DNA of 44,448 nt from Planctomycetota bacterium. Its GTDB lineage: Bacteria > Planctomycetota > J058. Below are positions 13,213-22,202 of this stretch, piece after piece. Numbering within the stretch: the stretch's first letter is position 1; each line of letters starts with the position of its first letter. Location: contig JANJTH010000135.1 in the NCBI GenBank assembly GCA_024711205.1, forward strand, positions 1 through 44,448. Reading direction: 5' to 3'. A program made the translations under genes and the position numbers. The notes beneath the pieces were generated by a model. The model saw nothing but the letters and a program-made list of their open reading frames with translations. It had not been told where the DNA came from and made no database searches.

Positions 13213-13455
13213 TCAAGCGGTCGCGCGCGCCTTGCGGACGAAGTCGAGCACGCAGCCGACCGTGCGCATCTTCGCCGCGTCGAGCTCGCTGATCTCGACG
13301 TCGAGCTCGTCCTCGAGCGTCGCGAGCAGCTCGAGCGCCTCGGCCGAGCCGATCTCGAGGTCGCTCGCGAGGTCGAGCTCGGGGCGCAGCTCCTCGGGCG
13401 CGCGCTTCGCCACGCGGGCGATCGTCGCCAGGGCCTTCTCGGTCGGGTCGATCAC
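13213..13455 (-). CDS. Acyl carrier protein (80 aa)
   Basis: GTG start overlaps the ligase stop (GTGA). Acidic helical protein DLEIGSAEALELLATLEDELDVEI...MRTVG with a putative Ppant Ser. Confidence 0.82.
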   Translation of the reverse strand: MIDPTEKALATIARVAKRAPEELRPELDLASDLEIGSAEALELLATLEDELDVEISELDAAKMRTVGCVLDFVRKARATA

Positions 13456-15071
13456 GTCGTTCCTCCGTCGGGGGTCGGCCGCAGCCGCCACAGGACGCCC
13501 TCGAGGGCGCCCTCCAGGTAGCGCGCGCGGACGGCGCTCCGCTGGACCTTCCCCGAGCTGGTCTTGGGGAGCGTCCCGCGCCGCACGAACACGAGGTCGA
13601 ACAGGGGCGCCACGTCGTGCGCCGCGCGCCCGCGCAGCGCGTCCGTCGCCTCGGGCGCGGGCGCCTCGCGGACCTCGACCACGAGCACGGGCACCTCGCG
13701 GCGCGCGTGCTCGACGCTGAAGGCCGCGGCGCGCCCGCCGTCGAGGTCGATCAGGTCCTGCGCGAGCCACTCGAGCTCGTGCGGCGCGACGTTCGCCCCG
13801 TCGAGCACGAGCAGGTCCTTCACGCGCCCGGTCACGTAGAGCTCGCCGTCGCGCAGGTAGCCCAGGTCGCCCGTGCGGAACCACCCGTCGCGGCGGGCCG
13901 CCGCGGTCGCCTCCTCGTCCAGGAAGTAGCCGAGGAACACCGACGTCCCGCGCAGGCACACCTCGCCCTCGGCGCCGTCGTCGAGCGGGCGCCCGTCCTC
14001 CGGGGCGCGCACCGAGACCTCGAGGCCCTCGAGCGGCGGCCCGCACGAGACGAGCCCGTCGCGCACGACCGTCGGCCGGCGCGCCGGGCACATGGTCGCG
14101 GCGAGCGTCGCCTCGGCGAGCCCGTAGCAGGGGAGGAACGCGGCCCGGTCGAAGCCCGCCGGCGCGAAGCGCGCCGCGAAGTCGTCGAGCGTGGCCGGCC
14201 GGACCATCTCGGCCCCGCAGCAGGCGAGCCGCCAGCGCGACAGGTCGAGGCCGGCCACCTTGTCCGCGGGCACGCGGTCGACGCACCACTGGTAGCCGAA
14301 GTTCGGCGCCGTCGTGACGACCGTCGTCGGCTGCGCGGCGATCGCCTCGAGCCAGCGCCGCGGCGTGCCGAGGAACGCCTCGGGCGGCATGAGCGCGAGC
14401 CCGACCCCGTGGTAGAGCGCCGTGAACGTCATGCCCACGAGCCCCATGTCGTGGTAGAGCGGCAGCCAGCTCACGTAGGTCTCGTCCGCGTGCCCCGCCC
14501 CGCGCGCGACGATCCCGTGCGCGTTCGCGGCCAGGTTCGCGTGGCTGATCGCGACGGCCTTGGGCGTCTGCGTCGACCCGCTCGTGAGCTGCACGTAGGC
14601 GAGCTCGCCCGGCGCGGGCGACGGGGGCGCCGGCGGGACCGCCGCGAGGTCGGGGTCGTCGGGGACGACGAGGGCCGCGCGGCCGGCCTCGGCCGCGACG
14701 TCGGCCGTCGTGACGAGGTGGTTCGCGCCGAACCGCTCGAGGAGCCCGAGCCTGCGCCGGAACACCTCGAGCCCGCCGATCGCCTTCGGGAGCGCGAGGC
14801 AGCAGGGGACCGCGCCCAGGAGCGCCGCGCCCAGGAACGTCTCGATCAGCTCGTGCGAGGTGTTCAGGCACAGGTAGACGAGCTCGCCCGGGCGGACCCC
14901 GCTCGCGGCGAGCCACGCCGCGCGCGCGCGGGCGCGCGCGGCGACCTCCGGGTAGGGGCGCCGGACCTCGTTGCGGCCGCGGCGGTCGTAGACCGTGAGC
15001 CCGGCCTCGGGGCGCTCCGCGAGGCGGTCGACGAGCTCGACGAGCGAGCGGGGGAGGGGGAACGCGGGCAC
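13452..15071 (-). CDS. Fatty acyl-AMP ligase-like adenylation enzyme
   Basis: YVQLTSGSTQTPKAV, SWLPLYHDMGL, APNFGY, CYGLAEATL, RTGDLG, GRVKD, PKTSSGK. Probable GTG start at 15071 with GGAG upstream. Confidence 0.88.
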   Translation of the reverse strand: MPAFPLPRSLVELVDRLAERPEAGLTVYDRRGRNEVRRPYPEVAARARARAAWLAASGVRPGELVYLCLNTSHELIETFLGAALLGAVPCCLALPKAIGGLEVFRRRLGLLERFGANHLVTTADVAAEAGRAALVVPDDPDLAAVPPAPPSPAPGELAYVQLTSGSTQTPKAVAISHANLAANAHGIVARGAGHADETYVSWLPLYHDMGLVGMTFTALYHGVGLALMPPEAFLGTPRRWLEAIAAQPTTVVTTAPNFGYQWCVDRVPADKVAGLDLSRWRLACCGAEMVRPATLDDFAARFAPAGFDRAAFLPCYGLAEATLAATMCPARRPTVVRDGLVSCGPPLEGLEVSVRAPEDGRPLDDGAEGEVCLRGTSVFLGYFLDEEATAAARRDGWFRTGDLGYLRDGELYVTGRVKDLLVLDGANVAPHELEWLAQDLIDLDGGRAAAFSVEHARREVPVLVVEVREAPAPEATDALRGRAAHDVAPLFDLVFVRRGTLPKTSSGKVQRSAVRARYLEGALEGVLWRLRPTPDGGTT

Positions 15072-15129
15072 GTGGGGACGCTCCGAGGGCGCGCGGGCGG
15101 CGGGCCGCGGGCGGCCCGGATCGGCGGGG

Positions 15130-15236
15130 ATCATACCCCCGGGGCCGGGCGCGCTCGATCCCCGCCTCGTGAGCGGCGCCCCGCCAGCGCGGCCGGCCCG
15201 CTCGCTCGTGGCGGGCGGGGCCGGGTCGGCTACAAC
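15130..15236. promoter_or_regulatory. Divergent -10 boxes: TATGAT (minus strand, for the ligase) and TACAAC (plus strand, 7 nt before the SRPBCC ATG)
   Basis: atcata at 15130-15135 and tacaac at 15231-15236 in a GC-rich spacer. Confidence 0.45.
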
Positions 15237-15243
15237 GGCGCGC

Positions 15244-15672
15244 ATGTACCGCGCCGTGCGGGAGTTCGAGTCCGACGTGGCCCCCGGCGCCCTCCTCGAC
15301 GTGGTCTGGGAGGTCGAGCGCTACCCGGACTTCGTCAAGGGCGTGCGCGCGGTCGACGTCCTCTCGCGCGACGACCACCGCTGCCTGGCCCGCTTCACGG
15401 CCGGCCTCGCGGGCATGGACTTCCACTACGTGCTCGCGTGCGAGCGCGACCCGGCCGAGGTCCGCTGGGCCCGCGTCTCGGGCGCCTTCCACGACGCGGC
15501 CGGCCGCATGACCCACCTCGGCGGGCACCAGTTCCGCTACGAGAACGCGCTCGACCCCGGCTTCGCCGTGCCGGAGTTCGCGGTCCGCTTCGTGCTCGAG
15601 CGCAGCCTGCCCCGCCTGATCCGCGAGTTCACCGACCGCGCCCGCGCCCGGGCGCGGGCGACCGGGTCCTGA
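15244..15672 (+). CDS. SRPBCC/START-fold (polyketide cyclase/RatA/Coq10-like) lipid-binding protein
   Basis: MYRAVREFE...LLDVVWEVERYPDFVKGVRAVDVL, VRWARVSGAF...GR; 142 aa. Confidence 0.8.
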   Translation: MYRAVREFESDVAPGALLDVVWEVERYPDFVKGVRAVDVLSRDDHRCLARFTAGLAGMDFHYVLACERDPAEVRWARVSGAFHDAAGRMTHLGGHQFRYENALDPGFAVPEFAVRFVLERSLPRLIREFTDRARARARATGS

Positions 15673-15724
15673 CGCGAGCCTCGCGCGGGGGCCCGAAGCG
15701 TTGCGATCGCGTCAGGCGGCAGGC

Positions 15725-15985
15725 ATGGACGCTGCCCTGGCGAGGTTCCTGGCCCGGCACGCGGTCTCCGAGCGGGAGGCCGTCGAGCGGGACGTCGCCG
15801 AGCTGCGCGGCCTCGGTCCCGAGGCGACCTGGGCCCCGATCGACGCCGTCTGCCGCTCCGCCGCCGACGTGCTCTCGATGCGGCCGGACCGCGTCGACGC
15901 CCTGGGGCAGCGCGATCCGCCCCACCCGAGCTACGACGCCGTCGTGCGCCGGCTCCGCGCGGTCGCCGCGGGCGAGCGCGCGTGA
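15725..15985 (+). CDS. Small hypothetical protein (86 aa)
   Basis: Good GC3 codon bias, helical composition, and it fills the gap between SRPBCC and the radical SAM gene. Confidence 0.6.
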   Translation: MDAALARFLARHAVSEREAVERDVAELRGLGPEATWAPIDAVCRSAADVLSMRPDRVDALGQRDPPHPSYDAVVRRLRAVAAGERA

Positions 15986-16040
15986 CGAACGAAGCGGCTC
16001 GAGGGCCCAGGCGGGGCGGCGCGCGGCGCCGCCCTGCCCG

Positions 16041-17483
16041 CTAGTGCAGGAGCACGCGCTTCGCGACCCGCAGGTCGTTCACGAGGTCCTTGACGCTCCG
16101 CAGGCGCGAGAGCCGGTTCGCGATCACCTTGGGCCGGAGGTAGAACGTCCGGTACGCGTGCCGCTCGAGCTCCTCGAGCTTCTCGTTCGTGAGCTGCGGG
16201 TAGCTGATCATGGCCTTGCCCATGGGGTTCAGGTCGTCCGTCTCGTCGATCAGGTAGCCGTTCTCCTTGCAGTAGTCGAAGAAGGCCGTCCCCTTGAAGG
16301 GGGTCGCGATCGCGAACATGACGTTCGTGATGTCGAGCTGCTTGAGCTCGCGCAGCGTCCAGAGGATGTCCTCGGGCGTCTCGTCCGGCGTCGTGCCGAA
16401 CATGATGTTCAGCTTGGGCGAGATCCCGTGCTTGCGGAGCAGGCGGATCGCCGTGTAGACGTCGCGGACATCGAGGTCCTTGTTGATCCGGTCGAGCACG
16501 TCCTGCTTGAGGCTCTCGACGCCGATGTCGATCGAGCGGCAGCCGGCCTTCGCGAGCGCGGCGACCACCTCCTCGTCGGTCAGGAAGTCGGCCCGCGAGA
16601 GCATGCCCCACTCCATCTGGTAGGGGGCGACCCGCTCGCAGATCTCGAGCGTGCGCTTCTTGGCCCACAGGAACTGGTCGTCCGCGATGTGCAGCGACTT
16701 GTAGCCGTGCTCCTTGAGCCAGCGGAACTCCGCCTCGATCCGGGCGGGCGAGGCCTTGGTCACCGGGGGCTTGCGGCCGAGCGTGCGGAAGCCCTCCATC
16801 TCGCGCGAGAAGCTGATCGCGTTCGGCACGCAGAACGAGCAGCGGAACGAGCAGCCGCGCGACGTGAGCACGAGCGCGTGCGGGCGGCCCTGGTACTTCG
16901 GGTTGAAGTAGCGGTGCTTGTAGCGGTCGAGCGACGGGTGGTCGCGGGCCGGGATCGGCAGGTCGTCGAACGGGATGTACCCGCGCGGGTCCGGGTCGTA
17001 GGTCACGACCTTGCCCTGCTCCGGCTCGAAGCGGCTGAGCCCGTAGGGGGCCTGCATCTCGCCCAGGACGAGCTCCGTGAGCGCGCGCTCCATCTCGCCG
17101 CGGATCACGACGACCTTGGGGTCCGTCCCGATGTACTCCTCGGGCACTCGCGTGGCCTCGGGCCCGTGGACGAGGATCGTCGCCTCGGGGCGGAGCCGGC
17201 GGAGCTTCGCGATCCAGTGCTTGTCGGTCGGCTTGGCGAGCACGACCGCGTGGAGCACGAGGTAGTCGACGGGGCCGGCGCGCAGGCGCTCGGTGAACGC
17301 CGCCTCGTCGTCGCCGAGCAGGCTCGCGTCGAGGTAGTCGACCTCGACCCCGCGCTCGTGGAGCATGGTGAAAGCGTAGAGGTTCCCCAGGTCGGGGAAG
17401 TGGTAGAGCTCGTACGTGCAGCCGGCGAAGCGCTCGGGGCTGCGCGCGGTGACGGCGGGCGGCTCGAGGAACATGACCTTCAT
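16041..17483 (-). CDS. B12-binding-domain radical SAM protein (class B/HpnJ-BchE-like superfamily)
   Basis: N-terminal Rossmann-like domain (VDYLDA, ILVHGPEAT, VIRGEME), TSRGCSFRCSFC, IADDQF, GCRSIDIGVES, GTTPDET, TPFKGT. Confidence 0.9.
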   Translation of the reverse strand: MKVMFLEPPAVTARSPERFAGCTYELYHFPDLGNLYAFTMLHERGVEVDYLDASLLGDDEAAFTERLRAGPVDYLVLHAVVLAKPTDKHWIAKLRRLRPEATILVHGPEATRVPEEYIGTDPKVVVIRGEMERALTELVLGEMQAPYGLSRFEPEQGKVVTYDPDPRGYIPFDDLPIPARDHPSLDRYKHRYFNPKYQGRPHALVLTSRGCSFRCSFCVPNAISFSREMEGFRTLGRKPPVTKASPARIEAEFRWLKEHGYKSLHIADDQFLWAKKRTLEICERVAPYQMEWGMLSRADFLTDEEVVAALAKAGCRSIDIGVESLKQDVLDRINKDLDVRDVYTAIRLLRKHGISPKLNIMFGTTPDETPEDILWTLRELKQLDITNVMFAIATPFKGTAFFDYCKENGYLIDETDDLNPMGKAMISYPQLTNEKLEELERHAYRTFYLRPKVIANRLSRLRSVKDLVNDLRVAKRVLLH

Positions 17484-17535
17484 GCGTTGCCTGGCTCCCT
17501 TGGGGGGTTCGGGCTCTGGGCTCGGGGTGCGGTGA

Positions 17536-18666
17536 TCAGGCGCGGACGGCGACCGGCGCCGGCGCGACCGCGCGCGGGGCCGGGTCGGGCTCGGCGTAGC
17601 GGTGGAGGAAGGCGTCGCAGCCCTGGCAGGCCGGGTGGACCCCCGGCCCGTAGAAGCGCTTGAACGCCTCGGAGCCCCACACCGCCTCGAGCGGCTGCTC
17701 GACGAGGTTGCCGAGCTTGTGGCCGCGCAGGAGGCAGCAGGGCGCCACGTTGCCGTGGACGTCGACGTAGATGTAGCTGTCGAGCCGCATGCAGAAGCTG
17801 TCGGCGCGCGACGCGAGCTTGAGCAGGACCCCGTGGTCGTTCACCGACCCGAGCGGGACCCCGCGGAGGGCCGCGCGCTGGCGGGCGCGCTCGATCAGGC
17901 CCCGCTCCTCCTCCCAGGTCGGGCGGCGGAGGTCGGGGCGCCCGCGCACATCGAGGCGCACGAGGTTCACGGCCTGGAACCCGAGGTCCGCCGCGAAGTC
18001 GACGAGGCGCTCGATCGTGTCGCCGCTGCCCGGGAACAGGACGACCTGGAGCCGGACCTCGGGGGCGGGGGCCCCGCGGGCCGCCTGCGCGTGGCGCCGC
18101 TCGAGGAGCCGCCGGAGGTGCGCCACGACCTTGGGCGGCGTCGGGTGCCCGTCGCGCGCGACGCGGTTCTCGTGGCCCTTCATGGGGTTCGTCGGCGTCG
18201 CGCCCGCGTCGCGCGGGGGCGGGGCCTGGGGGTCGCCCTCGGCCCAGGGCAGCTCCTCGAGCGAGACGTTGATCCGCGAGACGCGCCGCTCGAGGACCTT
18301 GTCGATCATGCGGTCCGTGAGCAGGTGCCCGTTCGTCGTGAAGCCGACGTCGCAGCCGGGGAAGCGCGCGTGGGCCCGGTCGATCATGTCGAACAGGTGG
18401 GGGTGCATGAGCGGCTCGCCCCAGCCCGTGAGCGTGATCGAGTGCGGCGCGTCGAGCCGGCCGAGCACGGCCTCGAAGGTCTCGAGCGACATGTCCTGCT
18501 CGGGGACCTTGAGGAGCGTGAGCCGCGGGCACATGTCGCAGTCGAGGTTGCAGCGGTTCGTGACCTCGAGCTGGACCTCGCGGGGCACGCGCGCGCGCAC
18601 GCCCAGCGCGAGCCGCGCGAGCTTCGTCCCGTCCCGATAGAGCTTGAGGAGCCGACGCTTCGCCAT
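17536..18666 (-). CDS. Radical SAM protein with C-terminal SPASM/twitch domain
   Basis: EVTNRCNLDCDMC, GWGEPLMHP, TTNG, C-terminal FC...GNVAPCC...GNL...CQGC. Likely start ATG 18666 (MAKRRLL). Confidence 0.9.
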   Translation of the reverse strand: MAKRRLLKLYRDGTKLARLALGVRARVPREVQLEVTNRCNLDCDMCPRLTLLKVPEQDMSLETFEAVLGRLDAPHSITLTGWGEPLMHPHLFDMIDRAHARFPGCDVGFTTNGHLLTDRMIDKVLERRVSRINVSLEELPWAEGDPQAPPPRDAGATPTNPMKGHENRVARDGHPTPPKVVAHLRRLLERRHAQAARGAPAPEVRLQVVLFPGSGDTIERLVDFAADLGFQAVNLVRLDVRGRPDLRRPTWEEERGLIERARQRAALRGVPLGSVNDHGVLLKLASRADSFCMRLDSYIYVDVHGNVAPCCLLRGHKLGNLVEQPLEAVWGSEAFKRFYGPGVHPACQGCDAFLHRYAEPDPAPRAVAPAPVAVRA

Positions 18667-18906
18667 GCTGCCCACCCAGCAGAGCACACCGCGGGCCCGA
18701 CGTCGCGCGCCGGGTCCGACCGGCGGAAACCATACCAGAAAGTACGAGTTCGACGGAAGGACCGACCTCGGCCTGGCCCCGGATCGCCGGTTTTCCGGCG
18801 CTGACACGGCGGAGGATCCGGCAGGTCGAGGCGGTTACCTTGGGCCCTCGCACGTGGGCCCTCGCGGGGGCCGGGCCTCGGAGGAGGCCGGGCGACGGGA
18901 GCGGCG

Positions 18907-19818
18907 GTGAGCCTCCGAGAGTTCGTGGCGCTCGGGACCTCGAGCCAGGTCCCCACCCGTTACCGCAACCACAACGGCTACCTGCTCCGCTGGGACGGCG
19001 CGGGGTTCCTGTTCGACCCGGGCGAGGGGACCCAGCGCCAGTTCATCATGGCGGACATCGCGGTCCCCGAGGTGCGCCGGATCTTCATCACGCACTTCCA
19101 CGGCGACCACGCGCTCGGCCTGGCCGGGATCGTCCAGCGCCTCTCGCTCGACCGCGTCCCGCACCCCGTCGAGATCTTCTTCCCGAAGAGCGGGCAGGCC
19201 TACTACGAGCGGCTGATCCGCTCGACGATCTACCACCGCGTCGTCGAGCTCGTGCCCCGCCCCGTCGACGCGCCCGGCGTCGTGCTCGAGGACGAGACGT
19301 TCTCGATCGAGGCCCACCCGCTCGTCCACTCGGTCGACACGTGGGGCTACCGGATCAAGGAGCGCGACGGCGTGCGGTTCGAGAAGGAGCTCCTCGACGC
19401 GCGCGGGGTCGTGGGCCCGCTCGTGGGCCGTCTCCAGCGCGAGGGCGCGGTCGAGGGCCCGCAGGGCCGCGTCACGCTCGACGAGGTGACGACGAAGAAG
19501 CGCGGCGCGGCCTTCGGCTTCGTCATGGACACGCGCCCCTGCGAGGGCGCGCTCGCGCTCGTGCGCGGCTGCGACCTCGCCGTCGTCGAGTCGACCTACC
19601 TCGAGGAGCACGCCGACCTCGCGCGCGACCACAAGCACCTCACCGCGCGCGAGGCCGCGCGGATCGCGCTCGAGGGCGGCACGCTCGGGACCCTGGTCCT
19701 GACGCACTTCTCGCAGCGCTACGCGAGCACGAAGCCCTTCGTGGCCGAGGCCCGCGAGGTGTTCCCGCGCGTCCGCGCCGTGCGCGACCTCGACCGGGTG
19801 CCCCTCCCGCGGCCGTGA
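18907..19818 (+). CDS. rnz: Ribonuclease Z
   Basis: LGTSSQVPT, DPGEGTQRQ, THFHGDH, exosite GP arm, MDTRP, ESTY, HLTA, LTHFSQRY. Confidence 0.95.
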   Translation: MSLREFVALGTSSQVPTRYRNHNGYLLRWDGAGFLFDPGEGTQRQFIMADIAVPEVRRIFITHFHGDHALGLAGIVQRLSLDRVPHPVEIFFPKSGQAYYERLIRSTIYHRVVELVPRPVDAPGVVLEDETFSIEAHPLVHSVDTWGYRIKERDGVRFEKELLDARGVVGPLVGRLQREGAVEGPQGRVTLDEVTTKKRGAAFGFVMDTRPCEGALALVRGCDLAVVESTYLEEHADLARDHKHLTAREAARIALEGGTLGTLVLTHFSQRYASTKPFVAEAREVFPRVRAVRDLDRVPLPRP

Positions 19819-20198
19819 GCGGAGCCAACAGGCCTCGCCTGGCCGACCGCCAGGAGGGAGGTCGGCCGAGCACGACCCGCCCTCGAAGCCGACCGAGCGC
19901 GGCGGCGACCGCGCCCCGGCGCGGGACCGCCCTCCCACGACCTCGCGCGGCCGGGTGTTTCGGATCCGCGCCGCACCTCACCGCACGTTGACGGCGCGCG
20001 CGAGCGGGAACCCGCAAGCGTCCCCCGCGCAATGAATTGCGCGCCCCGGCGCAGAGATGCCGCAACACGACCGTGGGACGCCTCGTCCATCCGAAACAGA
20101 GGGGACACGAGGCGCGTTGACCCGTATCATTCGGACCTTCGCCGGTCGTCCACGCCTGGACACCTCGAGTCCGGCCCTGGACTCCCACGGAGGGGACC

Positions 20199-21014
20199 AT
20201 GATCCGAAGCGCCGCCCGTTGCCTCGCCGCCCTCCTCCTCGTCACGTCGCTGGCCGCGGCCCAGTCGACCGGCGGCCCCGGCGCAGGGACCGGCACGAAC
20301 CCGCCCGCGGGCGGCGGCGCTGGCGGCGCCCCGGTCGCGACGGACCTCGACCTCCCGCTCGACAAGCCGGTGTTCACGGGCGACCCGAACGACCTGAACC
20401 CGCCGCCCGTCACGCCGCCCGACACGCCCGACCCGCGCGACGAGCCGCCCCCCACGATCTACGGCGAGGAGATCACGACCGAGGGGAGCACGATCTTCTA
20501 CGTGCTCGACATCTCCGGCTCCATGGGCTGGGACAGCCGGAGCTACACCGACATCGAGGGTCGGACCCGCAACGGGAACCGCCTCGAGCGGGCCAAGGTC
20601 GAGCTGATCCGCTCGATCTCGGCGCTCTCCCGCAACTTCAGCTTCAACATCATCGCGTTCGACTGCGGCACGCGGCAGTGGCAGCGGTCCATGCAGGAGG
20701 CCACCGACGGGAACAAGCAGTCGGCCTCGGCGTGGGTCCGCGCGCTCCAGCCCGTCGGCGCGACCGGGACGGGCCCGGCGGTGTGCCTCGCGCTCGGCGC
20801 GCGCGACAACAAGGCCGTCGTGCTCCTCACCGACGGCGCGCCCTGCTGCGGCTCGAGCCCGGAGACCATGGACGGCCACCGGCGCATGATCCGCACGGCC
20901 AACCGCCAGGGCGCCACGATCAACGTGTTCGGGATCGCCGCGAGCGGGTCCTACCGCTCGTTCTGCCAGAACATCGCCGGAGACTCGGGCGGCTCGTACT
21001 TCGACGTCCCGTAG
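20199..21014 (+). CDS. Secreted vWA-domain protein, paralog 1
   Basis: Signal peptide ending LAAA|Q, Gly/Pro-rich linker, complete MIDAS (DISGS, GAT, LLTDG); GGAGG RBS. Confidence 0.92.
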   Translation: MIRSAARCLAALLLVTSLAAAQSTGGPGAGTGTNPPAGGGAGGAPVATDLDLPLDKPVFTGDPNDLNPPPVTPPDTPDPRDEPPPTIYGEEITTEGSTIFYVLDISGSMGWDSRSYTDIEGRTRNGNRLERAKVELIRSISALSRNFSFNIIAFDCGTRQWQRSMQEATDGNKQSASAWVRALQPVGATGTGPAVCLALGARDNKAVVLLTDGAPCCGSSPETMDGHRRMIRTANRQGATINVFGIAASGSYRSFCQNIAGDSGGSYFDVP

Positions 21015-21286
21015 CCCAGGCCGCGCGCCACGACCACCGATGACGCCGGGGACCCTCGCGGGGCCCCGGCGTCGCTCGTTCCGGACGGGCTCCTCGACGG
21101 GCCCCGGCACCGCTCGTTCCGACGGGCGGGCCGCACGCGGGAGCGCGAGCCCCGCCGCAAGGCGCCGCAATCAATGCACTTGCGCGCCTCGCGAGATTCC
21201 TGAAAATCCACCGCAAGGCGCCCGGGGCGGGCCGCGTCCCTGGGAGTGGAAGCCACGACGGCTCCAGAGACACGCCAGGGAGCACC

Positions 21287-22114
21287 ATGATCCGTTCCTT
21301 CATGCAGGGCATGGCCGCCGTGTTGGTGGCCGCCACGATCGCGAGCGCGCAGACGACCGGCGGGCCGGGCGCCGGGACCGGCGCCAACCCGCCCATGGGC
21401 GGCGGCGGCAGCACGACCGGGACCCCGGGGTCGACCCCGGCCCCGACGGACCTCGACCTCCCGCTCGACAAGCCGGCCTACACGGGCGACCCGAACGACC
21501 TGAACCCGCCGCCCGTCACGCCGCCCGACACGCCGGACCCGCGCGACGAGCCGCCCCCCACGATCTACGGCGAGGAGATCACGACCGAGGGCGACACGAT
21601 CTTCTACGTGATCGACATCTCGGGCTCCATGGACTGGGACAACCGGAGCTACACCGACCTCGAGGGCCGGACGCGCAACGGGACCCGCATGGAGCGCGCG
21701 AAGGTCGAGCTGATCCGCTCGATCATGGCGCTCTCCCGGAACTTCAGCTTCAACATCATCGCCTTCGACTGCGGCACCCGGCAGTGGCAGCGGTCCATGC
21801 AGGAGGCGACCGACGGCAACAAGCAGTCGGCCTCGGCGTGGGTCCGCGCGCTGCAGCCGACCGGCGCGACCGGGACGGGCCCGGCCTGCTCGCTCGCCCT
21901 GGGCGCCCGCGAGAACAAGGCCGTCGTGCTCCTGACCGACGGCGCGCCCAACTGCGGGGCGAACAGCATGGACGGGCACCGCTCCATGATCCGCACCGCG
22001 AACCGGCAGGGCGCCACGATCAACGTGTTCGGGATCGCCGCGAGCGGCTCCTACCGCTCCTTCTGCCAGAACGTGGCCGGCGACTCGGGCGGCTCCTACT
22101 TCGACGTCCCGTAG
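21287..22114 (+). CDS. Secreted vWA-domain protein, paralog 2
   Basis: Signal peptide ending IASA|Q; near-identical vWA domain to paralog 1 with the same MIDAS. Confidence 0.92.
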   Translation: MIRSFMQGMAAVLVAATIASAQTTGGPGAGTGANPPMGGGGSTTGTPGSTPAPTDLDLPLDKPAYTGDPNDLNPPPVTPPDTPDPRDEPPPTIYGEEITTEGDTIFYVIDISGSMDWDNRSYTDLEGRTRNGTRMERAKVELIRSIMALSRNFSFNIIAFDCGTRQWQRSMQEATDGNKQSASAWVRALQPTGATGTGPACSLALGARENKAVVLLTDGAPNCGANSMDGHRSMIRTANRQGATINVFGIAASGSYRSFCQNVAGDSGGSYFDVP

Positions 22115-22158
22115 TCGGGCCCACGGGCCCGGCTCGACGCGGCCGAGAACCCAACCCT

Positions 22159-22202
22159 GCGGCGCCGGCGCTCCACCGTGGAGCGCCGGCGTCGCGCTTT
22201 TT
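22159..22202 (+). terminator. Rho-independent terminator after vWA paralog 2
   Basis: 17-bp stem gcggcgccggcgctcca/tggagcgccggcgtcgc with one G-U pair, followed by TTTTT. Confidence 0.7.

Noticed and set aside
15725-18666. RiPP cluster with the 86-aa ORF as SPASM radical SAM precursor
   Set aside because: The ORF is on the opposite strand, has no leader/core pattern, and no RRE, protease or transporter gene is adjacent.
20060-20120. Riboswitch (c-di-GMP-like) upstream of vWA paralog 1
   Set aside because: A stem (cgcctcgt/acgaggcg) and GTGGGACGC are present, but the remaining consensus (GGCAAAC...GCAAAGC) is not. An Rfam scan would be needed.
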